Shown piece by piece: positions 47,928 through 59,420 of a stretch of DNA of 64,000 nt. Under the pieces are notes generated by a model. It made no database searches. It saw nothing but the letters and a program-made list of their open reading frames with translations, and was not told where the DNA came from. Source of the DNA: Tubulanus polymorphus (Eukaryota; Animalia; Nemertea); assembly GCF_964204645.1 (NCBI RefSeq), contig NC_134028.1:17739653-17803652 (forward strand), in the 5' to 3' direction. A program made the position numbers and the translations under genes. Numbering within the stretch: the first letter of the stretch is position 1; the number at the start of each line of letters is the position of its first letter.

Positions 47928-50603
47928 AATATTTGCTATTATTTCTCAATGCCCATAGTGTGAATACACATCCTAAGAGTAGCTATGTGTTTAACAAACT
48001 TCCTTACAGTAGAGAAAAAGTGGGTCATACACGTAAAAATCAATATACTCTGGTAGGTGAATGTCTTGCACTGTTTTTCCTGATTTTCTGAACTCGTACT
48101 CAGAAGTTATATTGAAAATACGTGTCATTGATACATGAAGAAATCTCACACTTGGTGGTTAAAGCTTTTATAATCGGATGGGAAAATATCCGAACGTGAA
48201 ACTAATCCGGCTACAGTCGATTTTAAAACTAGTTACCGACTTAAAGGTTTAAATGGTTTCACTAAAGGAATTTTTTATAGTAAAAGTTATCGTGAATAAT
48301 ATTTTTTCTGCTAATTCAAGACCTTTTTGATAAAAGGAGCGTGTGGATTGTAGCCTACGCGCGACCCATTCCGTAGCGCGCATTATCTATTACTGATACA
48401 TACCACGATCGCCATGTATATCAGGCGATATTGCCTACGGGACTGTAACTAATGTTATCGACGCGCGCTCTCATCACTGTGCCGCAAACTAGATACACAT
48501 AATCGGGCTCTAAAAACGGATCGCTGACACAAAAGTCCGAAAGAATTATTGACGATAAATCATTTTACTAGTAACAGTAAGATAGTTTTCGGCGTTGCTC
48601 GACGTACGAGTATCGATTCAACAGCAGCAGTTGAATCGATGTAGCATGTGTACTCACCGAGTCCATATCACCAATGCGTAAACATTCGATTAATCCGTTC
48701 ACACATACTCCAAGAAAATACGGAAATTTCGGGCAATAAACAACAATACGGAAATAAACAACTAAATCATGGAATAGGCCTATGTAAAGTGCTATTTCAA
48801 AAATGTATGCATGGCACTATTTTAAGCGCGGACTAATACAGTTTTACTTCTAGACAGGGGTGACGCTACTTTAAGAGTTTAAGAGTTTCAATTTTTTTAT
48901 TTTGGCAATATTTAATTAACCAAATAACAAAAATTCACCATATATGAACTCAACCTTCTATGTTTCATATTTAAGCGACTGTGAAAATTCCAGACACGTA
49001 CGTGGCGTTAAACAGACGTAATTGTTCGACGTGATGGATTTCACGATAACAATAGGACGACGTGTACTACGTACCGTCGTCCTAAAAAGACTCAAAAATG
49101 TTTAATATAGTGCATTTAAACAAAACCAATGAGAACTCATTATTAGGGAGTGAGTGGATTCATAAGTATTTAACCAATAGGTGCGCTTAATAAGTGAGTG
49201 AATTCATTAGTAATTAACCAATAGGTGCGCTTAATTAGTTAGTGAGTGGATTCATTGCTTTTGATTACTTATCAAATATAGGAAACTGAATAAAAAGGCC
49301 AATTTTTGAGGAAACATCATCATAGTTGGTTGTGATGTCCGTGGGGTAAGCAAAATGGGGTTATTTTTCTGGCCACTTTTTTGCCGTCGGTTTGCTTTCA
49401 AAATTGGCCGACGAATTTTTGAAAATGTCTGACAAGAAAATGTCAGCATTTGAAAAACTGTCGCCCAATTATCAATACGATCGGCACTGCGCAGAATGAT
49501 CAAGTCTGGTTTTACCACAGCGCCTATCTATGTACACGAGTCACGCGCAGTACCAGGGAGTGTATTGTACTACCATGCCGAAGCGCATTGTATAGTTTTC
49601 TACTTCGTATTAAACAAAGCCACGTGCGAGCGTGGGTCATTTCTAAACAAAATATCGGTGCCGAGTACAGTTTTCTACTTAGTACATGTATATATTTCAG
49701 GTCAAAAGAAATATTGGTTGACGAAGTTTTATTACAAATTCCACGAAATGAAAATGGACAATACTATAGTACTTTTGCATATCTTCTATCACCGCTATAC
49801 TTTAAATGATTATTCTTGATAAAAAATGCAATTATGCGCAAAATAAACTTCTTTCATTCAAACACGTGTGAAACATCAGATTTGCTGCGCATTAGCGAGT
49901 GTATGAACTCGCAGTATATGAATGCACTACTCGCGGTGAGTCATTCACTGTGCTGTATATATACATATACTCTGTGTGTATGTGTGTGGTCGCGCCGTGT
50001 ATATATTTTATTGATCGCGCACAACCGCGCACGCTTTGAATCGTCTTTAATAATAAACAAAGTAAACCTATTAAATGCAATCAATGTAGTATCATGCCAT
50101 GTGTTGTAACTGTTCCATATTCCTCGTTTTGAAAAAAATTTGTACAACATAGGCTTCAGATTATTGTACTTCTAAGTCACATAAGTATTGGATTTATTTC
50201 CTAGAATAAATGACTGAGAAAAAATAAGTGGCGTGGTTATTCGGCCGAAACAACTTCTTTGTTTTGTATTGTTTTATGAATAAATAACAGTTTCTTGAAA
50301 TTTGGCTTAATTTGTCTTTCTCTGGTCATTAAAATTTTTGGCCTTGCATATTAAGAAATGTCCTAGGGTAGCCTATTTTGAACTCATTTACCAAAGACCA
50401 AAATTTGAAATTCGAGCCCTGAAGGATAACAGTGGTCATTCACTACGTGAACCGATTACAAAAATGACACGGCCGCTGCGAAGAAACAAGGTATCATTTT
50501 TGTTTAGCCTAAGAGGAAGTGTTTAAGGGACATAATCATACATTTGTTTCAAAGATGCCTCTATTAGGTGCATCCTCTTATACCTGTGTAATGATAAACT
50601 CAC

Positions 50604-50821
50604 CACTTGTTCATGTAGTATGACGTTATGTTCTAATGGGGCACCGAGAGCAGTTAACCTGATTCTTGGACGGAACGATCCACGAATTCGGGGAAATACA
50701 TCGCTCAAATCGATACGTGAAACATTTCTTCCAGATGGTGCTGTCGTATATAGCGTAATCGGGTTACCAGTGACAACATGGATTGAATCTTCAGGATTTT
50801 TACTTGTCACTTGATCCCGTG
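50604..50821 (-). CDS. VWA8: VWA8 exon: ...IHVVTGNPITLY...DVFPR...LTALGAPLEHNVILHEQV
   Basis: ttctag acceptor and GTG|gtgagt donor; phase 1->0; resembles VWA8 VVTCNPASLY...DIFPR...APLGSPLKGQVVLHEQ. Confidence 0.9.
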
Positions 50822-51222
50822 CTAGAATATGTTATCAATAGTGTCATGTCTTTGAAAAGTAAAATCATGAACAATTGTGCAAGAAAAATATCATATTTAT
50901 AGAGACTAACAGTCTAATAGCTTGGGATCACTTCCACAGTTTATAATTTTGGTTTGACTTCGTGGATGTGTAGTTAAAATTAGTTATTTTCAATGTTTCA
51001 ACTCAAATGCCTTAACCTAGAACTGCGGAACTAAGATCTTGTAATTCAATGTATGGAGCAAATTTATCTTGATTCAATGCACTTTATGGGTCACCTTTTT
51101 ACCTTATTACCAAGCATTACTAGGGGTTAGGGTTATGGTTAGGTTCACCATCATTTGGGAAACTTCAACTGTAGTCAAACCTTTATCGTAAACTGCTATT
51201 CATAAAAAATAATATTCTGTAC

Positions 51223-51464
51223 CTTTAGTGACTGCGATATCCAGGATAACATTGTATTCATCTATAGGTAGCATGAAATGGTTCATCAATTCACTGAAAT
51301 ATTCCCCTCGAGCACTGTAAGTCTCTACAAGATGGGATTCAATCTCTAGTTTCACTGGGCCTTTGATTTCTATGGGTTTCATGTGATTAGGTCCGCCAAT
51401 TTCAGTGATTCGATTTAAATCAATCCTCCACGTTCCGCATTGTGCTAGTTTCGGGATCGGAAAT
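51223..51464 (-). CDS. VWA8: VWA8 exon: FPIPKLAQCGTWRIDL...FMLPIDEYNVILDIAVTK
   Basis: ttttgcag acceptor and G|gtacag donor; phase 2->1 fits neighbours; resembles VWA8 IPLDEINIICDIAT. Confidence 0.85.
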
Positions 51465-51970
51465 CTGCAAAATCCACAATAAACTGATATTCACAGAATT
51501 TCTGAATTCAGTAGTATTTGATCTGAGCAGAAAAATTGAGGAAACAAAAGAAATCAATTTCATATGTTTTCTGAATGTTTTATTACCCTAATACTTATTG
51601 CTGATGAGAATTGACTAATATATTCTATCACTTCAAATTTTTCCAACACACAGTAATATAACGCAAAACCCAGTTCAAGTTCCTGCCGAAAATTGGATGA
51701 GGGAAATGAACTATAAGAGTCAAATCTTAACTGACAACTGTGGAACTAGGTCCTGAACAGTGTGGAACTGGGTTTTGAGTTCTAATTAGTAAAGTGCTTG
51801 AGAATATTTTTAGCTTCTTCCCACATATTGCCAACATGCATTGAAATCAAATCAATCAGGAATAGTGGATTTAGTTCCACAATTGTGAGATCTTATCTGT
51901 ATTTTGGTTATATCTGTTGTTAAATAGAAACTGACAGCTGCAGAACTGGAGCCAGTATTCATTCTCTTAC

Positions 51971-52122
51971 TCTTTAGCCAGATGAACATTGATAGACTTC
52001 GCTCCGATAGGGATTCCATGTTTCTGAAGGGTTTTGACAACTTTTTCCAACATTTCTTTATTCTGCAGGTCAAAATCAAGCACATTCTCCGTGACTTTTG
52101 CAAGTCCTTCGTTAGGAAATTT
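51971..52122 (-). CDS. VWA8: VWA8 exon (first visible in window): KFPNEGLAKVTENVLDFDLQNKEMLEKVVKTLQKHGIPIGAKSINVHLAKE
   Basis: ttttag|AAA acceptor and GA|gtaag donor. Translation resembles the recalled vertebrate VWA8 segment KFPTEGLSSVVRNVFDFDSY...LHKYGIPIGAKPTSVQLAKE. Phase 0->2. Confidence 0.92.
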
Positions 52123-52554
52123 CTAAAAAATAAATCAAAGATTTACATACGAAGGCACAGCTTTCACATGAAATTATCTAAGACGCTCTACCCCTGTCTG
52201 AACTCAAGGGGAAATAGCCCACTGCCCCTTTCATCACAGAAAATTCTTACCAGAACTTAAGATACAAAAAGTCCATTGACCTTGAGTCTCGGTGAGAATA
52301 TCAGAAGTTTCAGATATTTTAAGAAAATGAACAAGATCCCCCGGGCACACTGGGGCTCAACGTTGTTTAGGTTATCAAATATTTTTAAGTTATCAAATAT
52401 ATTGCTTTTTCATGCATTCTAAATATGGCAAAAATATACATATCACTCATTTGTAGAATTCAAAATTATTTAACTATTTAGATTGTTGAAACTTATGAGA
52501 AAAACATTTTTTCTTTGTTTACAAACCCATGATTGCTGCTTTCCAGAATTAAAT

Positions 52555-52785
52555 ATAATGCCCAAATATCTAACTCGGGATCCAGGCACAATTGGGATGT
52601 GGTTTAAATTACTCAACAATCTAACAATTCAATATTCAACACCCCCTGATGACCATATACCGAAATCAATGACCTTGAAACTTATCACAATCATAGAAAT
52701 ACTAAGCTATTATACTATTGCCCTGGTGACCACATACAAAAACCAATGCCCTTGAAACTCACTACAATCATAGAACATGTCACAA
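52555..52785 (+). repeat. Fragment of HINE family A-like repeat
   Basis: AATGACCTTGAAACT..ACAATCATAGAA unit. Confidence 0.6.
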
Positions 52786-53176
52786 GGATGAGGATGCTGA
52801 TATATAAGGTCTGCTGTATTTTCTCTTGAGTTACACACGTGAACCAGCTACTGTTGCCCTGTGCGTACGTTGCGAACGCCTTCAGATATTATACACTGTG
52901 ATGATTTTTAGTGAGCATTCATCAGCGCATTTTAACTGCAATAATTCAGAGCTCGAGCCGTAATGAAAGAGATGTACCACATTGGAAGTAGCCATTACCT
53001 TCCAAAATATCATAGTCATTCATGGGTTCAAGATCGCTCTAAGTGCTCGGAAAACGCTATTAATGTGGCAGGCAGCCGATCGTCGTTTCGGTTTCTTAGT
53101 TATTTGTTTACTCGTGTTGCCAGCTAGTAGCGCCACTCGCAGGTTTTTCACTTTAGATTAACTTAATTGGCCTTTT

Positions 53177-53686
53177 GGTCAATTCACTTAACACTTCCGT
53201 GCATTATGGACGTGTGATTCGTCGAGAATAAATAAACCGTATTATTATCTATAATCCTTGTATCTTATTTATTCAGGTGAGTGGCGAATGTGCTCGTTAT
53301 TCGTTATAATGTTGTTTGGCCTTTAAACTGCTGTTGTAGGGTCATTTAGACGCTATATTCAAAGACGTATTAATTGCGATCTTATTTCTTAGCTGTTCTG
53401 AGGTTTAATTATGTTTAACCGGAAGTAGCGGGTTTGGGCGGCTGGATGTTAGATAGTCTGTGTACTAAGGAAAAATATAAACATGTAAATGGTAGCATTC
53501 TGTCATGGGGTAGGCTTTGCTTTATGTATGTTTATATATTATATAGTTTGATGGTTAATTATAGGTCATTGGATTAATGATGTTTTGGTCCATTCACTTG
53601 ACACTTCCGTGCATTAGGGACGTGTGATTCGTCGAGAATAAATAAACCGTATTATTAGCTATAATCCTTGTATGTTATTTATTCAG
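53177..53686 (+). repeat. ~100-bp direct repeat (53177-53277 and 53587-53686) in an LTR/DIRS-like segment
   Basis: Near-identical CACTTCCGTGCATTA..GAGAATAAATAAACCGTATTATTA..TTATTTATTCAG. Confidence 0.8.
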
Positions 53687-56344
53687 TCTGGAAGGTGAAT
53701 CGACCATACTGGTCGCTGCGATCAACGCCGAGAATTAGATTACACAGAAGACTTCGGGTCGTGAGTTTCGTCACTCGTGAGGATCCCTTTGTCCCAGTTG
53801 AAACGAATCCTTATTAGCTATACTGAGTCTCTGCAATAAAGTATCGCTATCACATTAATTTCAAAAATTTTCTTGTGGGAGTGCCCAACAAAAGCTTTGA
53901 AATCTTGGTGCACATCACCACTGTAGTAAGAAGGTTCAACGATGATGATATACGTGGCAATAGATTTTACCAATGACTCACTAGCACGTGGCAGAGTAAT
54001 CAATACGATGTATGTACATTGAACATGGACGCTGAAGGGCTTATACAGTGATGTCATCATCAAGAAATAAAGTCAAGCGCTGATCATTAGAATGGGGAAA
54101 AATTCATTGAAATTTTGCTCATTTTTCCCAGTACTTCGAATGGCTTAGAGGCTACACAGAAATGTCTAGATTAATTCCAACACCTATTTCCCTCCTACAA
54201 AATATCAGCTATGTATACAAGTGGTTACAATTTGTGCTACCAAGAGCAAACCTAAAATTATTCTCTCTCAGAAGCATTCTATAAAGATCAACAGTTGATC
54301 CTAAAAGTGAACAACAAGTTGATGCTGTTGAATGCTCACTCACAGTTATCACAGTGCATAATGCCTTACGTGCTATGCCACACTGCAACTTAGTGATATA
54401 CAATATAACTTTTGCTATGTGCTGATTTGGCAATTGATCGATCAAATGCATTAGGGCTTCACACAGGTTATGATATTTTTGGCTGAAAGGAAATAATAAA
54501 CGAGGCAGAATCAGGGATTCCGTGAGGCTGTTATATTTACTGTTAAACAGACAGCCAAAAGTGGTCCTATTTTCCCCAGTTCCTGAAAATTCCTCCGAGG
54601 AATTATGAAAATAAATTGATTATTCGTTCTTTGTAGGTAAGTGTACTTCTTTCAGTTTATTTCAATGCAACGATCTGTATCAATAATGAAATGTGTGGCT
54701 GACAATATAGTGTAGTGTAGTACCAATAGCCAGAGGCCATACCTACCTTCCCTACAAAGCATAGTGTAATCACCCACACAGTAGGTCAATGACATTTGTA
54801 ACAAAATTTCAGGAGTCAGTATTACGTCAGTTTGTGACGGTATTTAGTTGTACTGTGAGCCTCGCGGGCGTATTCTGAGTTGCCTTTCTTTTCGGAGTCA
54901 TGAGAAAAATCGAGTTAGTTGATAATGCGATTTGTGGCATTCTTACCCATTCTCCTGATGCCTCGGGTCGGATTTGGAGGGTGTTGATTGGTGGAGTTTA
55001 GTAACGTTTAGTATCAAGTACCCCGGACCGGATGCCACGTGCGAGTTGTTTATGAATGTGACGTCACCCTGTCAATCACTTCCGGGTCATCCCTCGTCAC
55101 GCTCCGGATAATCGTCGTTTTCCCTTTGTAATTAAATTAGAGTCACCTGATATTTCCCGAATAGGTAGTCGTGAATATTTTATAGTTCTGAAGTGCATGA
55201 GAACGTTTATGAAGAAATCCAGTTGAAATTAGCCGTGAGCGTTTTATCCGGGTTCGAAGTGCGCGCCAGTTGCCGAGACCGGCTTCTACGCGCCCTTCCC
55301 TCCCTTCCCGTTCAAAGGAAAGAATTTTTCTGCCGGTTTCTATTATTTTATCTATTAACCTCAGAAAGAAGCTTTCAGGAAATGTTTACTTGAAAGGAAT
55401 CGGTGAAGAAACGAAGATTTTAGAGCCGTTTGAAAGTTCGAACCGAGCACAGTCATTCATGCGGCGCGAAATCAACAAAAAGCGTGGCGCGACACTCCGG
55501 GGTCGGCAATCTCGCCATAAAAGGCGTGCGATTCGCCGACTCGAGACAGTCTTCTCTCGACCGTTGAGGGTTTAAGTAGAAGAGCAGTTGCAGCAAGATG
55601 TAAGTGGTTGAGTTTCGTTGTGTGTTCGCCCTGCGGGGCTGTGGCGCCGTATGGGCGCGTTTTTAGTTGAAGGGCCTGTAATAGGTACGCGTCGTAGTTG
55701 AGTCGTCCGTACCTTTGTTTATATAGTAAAACAAGTCCCCAACATTTTTCCGAGGGGGATGTGTGTCCCTAGGAAGTCGTATTTTAATGTTCAACGCCCT
55801 ATGGTACGGGAATAAGTGGATAAATAAAAGTTATACATGCAATGTTAATGTGTCGGGACCCGAGGCGAGTTAGTCGTATCGCTCGGACGTTAGTGCGTAT
55901 ATCCGCGTGTAGTAGTAGGCCTAGCAGTATGTCTGGTCGTTCGTATACAGATGATGTTCAGGGTTGCGGGCCGACAATAAAGTTTGGTTTGAATTGAATT
56001 GGTGTAGAGAAGCGCTAGTGTGATGGTGTAAAGTCTCGGGTGTTATCATGTACATGCGTATAAGTTATATTTTGTGGAGGGAGACGACCTCGTTTAATAG
56101 TGTGTAATAAATTTATGTTCCCGTGACGTTTTGTATGACGAACCTTGAGTCGCGTGCGTGGCGAAAGTTTTGGTGTGGGATAATTTAGTCCGTGTATATA
56201 TAAAAGAGTTATTTCCTTCTTTCTCACTGATACGCCCCTGCTGAGCTGATGGGAGTGACAGTAGAGTGTCAACGTAGATAGAGCTGCGTCGCCGTCGTGG
56301 AAGAATACGTCAGAGAACAGTTATAGTCGATTAGCCCGTTATTA

Positions 56345-57552
56345 CGTCCGTCCGTCCGTAGACGGAATCCAGTTGTTTTGGGAAGTTTTGAAGACGCTTC
56401 AAGGTAATGTCTTGATATTTGGTTTACACATGTATCTACCCTAGACACATCTTCAGCCCAAAAACTGGCCCTGTCAGATTCAAGATGGCCGACTGGCAGC
56501 CATTGTTGTTCGCCAAAATCAGCACTTTTTACACATTTTTGAACTTTTTGAGGGAAATTTTGAAGATGCTTTGATCAATTACCTTGATCTTTCGGATATA
56601 TGTGAATTCCCCCAGGGTTCATCAGCATAACAAAAATTGGGTCGATCGGACTCAAGATGGCCGTCCTATGACCTTTTTAGTGCCCAAAAATGTTAATTTT
56701 GGCCCAAATTTTGAGTCCTGTAGCTTCCTACTGGTTTATCATTTCTCATTGCAATTTGTGATGGGTATTCTTTGGAAAGGGATGTTTTATACCTGAGACA
56801 GGTATTTTTCATCAGCCAATTATGACGCAATTGGCGGCCATCTTGGTGTCAGCAGTACTCATTCGTAAGTGGGAAAAAGTTTTTCCACATTATATTGATA
56901 TCTAAGCGTATTTTGTTACCACAATCATTTAGAAAGTTGTAGCTCATAACGTGTTCTATGATTGTGGTGAGTTTCAAGGTCATTGGTTTTTGTATATGGC
57001 CACCAGGGGGCGTTGAATAATGCAATATCTTAGTATTTCTATATTATATTCGTATCAATGCATATTTTGTAACCACAATCAATTGCAAAGTTGTAGCTGA
57101 TGACATCATCTATGATTGTGGCAAGTTTTAAGGCCATTAGTTATTCTATATTGTCACCAGGGGGCGTTGAATAGTAGAATAACTTAGTATTTCCTTATTA
57201 TATTGGTACCTAGGCATATTTTGTTACCATGATCAATTACAAAGTTATAGTTCGTGACATGTTCTATGATTGTGGTGAGTTTCAAGGTCATTGGGTTTTG
57301 AATATGGTCACCAGGGGGCGTTGAATAGTAGAATAACTTAGTATTTCTATATTAAAGTGGTAACGAGGCATATTTTGTTATCACAATCAATTACAAAATC
57401 GTAGCTGCTGACATGTTCTATGATTGTGGTGAGTTTCAAGGTCATTGGATTCTGTATATGGTCACCAGGGGGCGTTGAATATTGAAATTGTTAGATTGTT
57501 GAGCATTTGGAACCACTTCCCAAGTGGGCATGGTGTCCCTGGACCCCTAGTT
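56345..57552 (-). mobile_element. HINE family A copy nearly identical to 15139-16345, inverted, lacking the 3' hairpin
   Basis: Reverse-complement match with few differences; the ORF at 56584 is nearly identical to the ORF at 15895. Confidence 0.9.
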
Positions 57553-58202
57553 TTTGATGGTTTTCCAACATGTATTTCAAATCTTCGTGCTTTCCATGAT
57601 AAATAATGAAATAATAAATTCTGGATGAAGAAAAATGTGAATTAATGTTGATTTCTTAATTTTTTCAATTTCGTCATTTCGCTTCGTAGTTTGTGCTGTT
57701 GTCCTGGCCTTAGTCCACAGGTGCCAGCACCCTCCAGTAATTTTCAAAATGGCAGCTGTTGACTCGACAGAAATTTACTCTCACTTTACGGCCGATTTGC
57801 ACATGGATTAAGATCGTCAGGTGAGGCGTTATAGGTATCAGACAAACTAGGAATCTGTTGTGCATCGATTACAACAAAAATCAGGCGGATATCTTAAACG
57901 ACCAGAAAATGCCAGGCAAATTACCCGTCAGTCAAATTGGCTGACGAAGATTGCATACAAGAATGATGTTCCTATTCCTGACTGTGGTTTGTGAAAATAT
58001 CCGATCGTGAAACTAAACCACAGACAAGTTACTGACTAACAGCGTCCAGTGTAGCTGGATGCTTTATTTCATACGGCGCTATCATGTTCGAATCCCGAAA
58101 ATGCTGATCTCGAAATGCTAACCATTATGAACTTTGGTGCACTTTCTATGGTGATCCCAATGTCACTGTTAAATCATTTGGACAATTTATTTAATTGTAT
58201 TA

Positions 58203-58424
58203 AGGCTAAACAAAAATGATACCTTATTTCTCCGCAGCGGCCGGGTCATTTTTGTAAAATATGATAAAATTTATAAACAGTTCATTTCTATAGCGGCCGG
58301 GTCTGTTATGGTAAAATTGATCACGATTTTAAAAAAAGTAATGTATAGGGTAGATAGGCGGCCGGCCGGGTCAACATTTAAGCTCAGCAGAGCGGAGAAA
58401 CAAGGTATCAATTTTTTTTAGCCT
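58203..58424. mobile_element. Kolobok-like MITE
   Basis: TTAA|GGCTAAACAAAAATGATACCTTATTTCTCCGC / GCGGAGAAACAAGGTATCAATTTTTTTTAGCC; related single ends at about 32492 and 50508. Confidence 0.7.
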
Positions 58425-58827
58425 AACATATGATACACAAGCATATGATACATGAGATTATTTAGACATCACATCCTGTGGCCAAAGTTCACGCTGGTTC
58501 ATTTCAAGCGAAAACCGTACTGACATGACCCAGTTTTGAAACATGTAAACACTGTCATGGCACCTGCGCACTGTACTGATTTTTCGACTTGGACATTTCC
58601 AACATGTACTAAGCCTAATGCGCATGCGTTAAAAACGGAGACATTGGAAACATTACGGTTTTTGCGGGAATGTGGCAATGGCTAAATATTGGGTTAGGTT
58701 TGTTTTTTTAAACTGGCTCCAGTTACGGGGGAATCTGCACTTTGTCTATATCTATGTACGCGCATCGGGAAGGAATAGGGTTAGGGTAAGGTGAGGATAT
58801 ATATAAATTAACTCATCCAGCTTCCAG

Positions 58828-59346
58828 ATGTAGCTAATGACATGGTCTAAGATCGTGGTGAGTTTCAAGGTCATTGGTTTTTGCATATGGCCACCAGGGG
58901 GCTTGAAAAATGCAATGACTTAGTATTCTATATTATATTCGTTCCTTTGCACATTTTGTTACCACAATCAATTGAAAAGTCATAGCTCATGACATGTTCT
59001 ATGATTGTGGTGAGTTTCATGGACTTTAGTTATTCTATATGGTCACTAGGGGCGTTGAATAGAAGAATAACTTTCCTTATTATATTGGTACTTAGGCATA
59101 TTTTGTTACCGTGATTAACAGCAAAGTTGTAGCTCATGACATGTTTTATAATTATGATGAGTTTCAAGGTAATTGGGCTTTGCATATCGTCACCAGGGGT
59201 TGTTGAATAGTAGAATAACTTAGTATTTCCATATCATTTTGGTAACTAGGCATATTTTGTTACCACAATCAATTACAAAATTGTAGCTGTTGACATGTTC
59301 TATGATTGTGGTGAGTTTCAAGGTCATTCGATTTTTTCAAGGTCAT
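58828..59346 (-). repeat. Partial HINE family A repeat array
   Basis: Three to four ~154-bp units. Confidence 0.75.
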
Positions 59347-59420
59347 GCGCTAACCGTACTCCGTAACCGGAGCTATCGCATTCCGTTTATGGACTCCGTA
59401 ACTGGGGCCACATTGTTGTA

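Noticed and set aside
32492-50508. Giant Kolobok-like element from matching single ends
   Set aside because: Ends are 18 kb apart with no convincing TSD; more likely separate MITE fragments.
51601-51630. CTGATGA as a hammerhead or snoRNA box (also at 1950 and 15877)
   Set aside because: No stem II + GAAA arrangement or supporting terminal stem.
54770-56344. Solo LTR
   Set aside because: LTR-like composition, but no clear TG...CA termini or TSD could be established.
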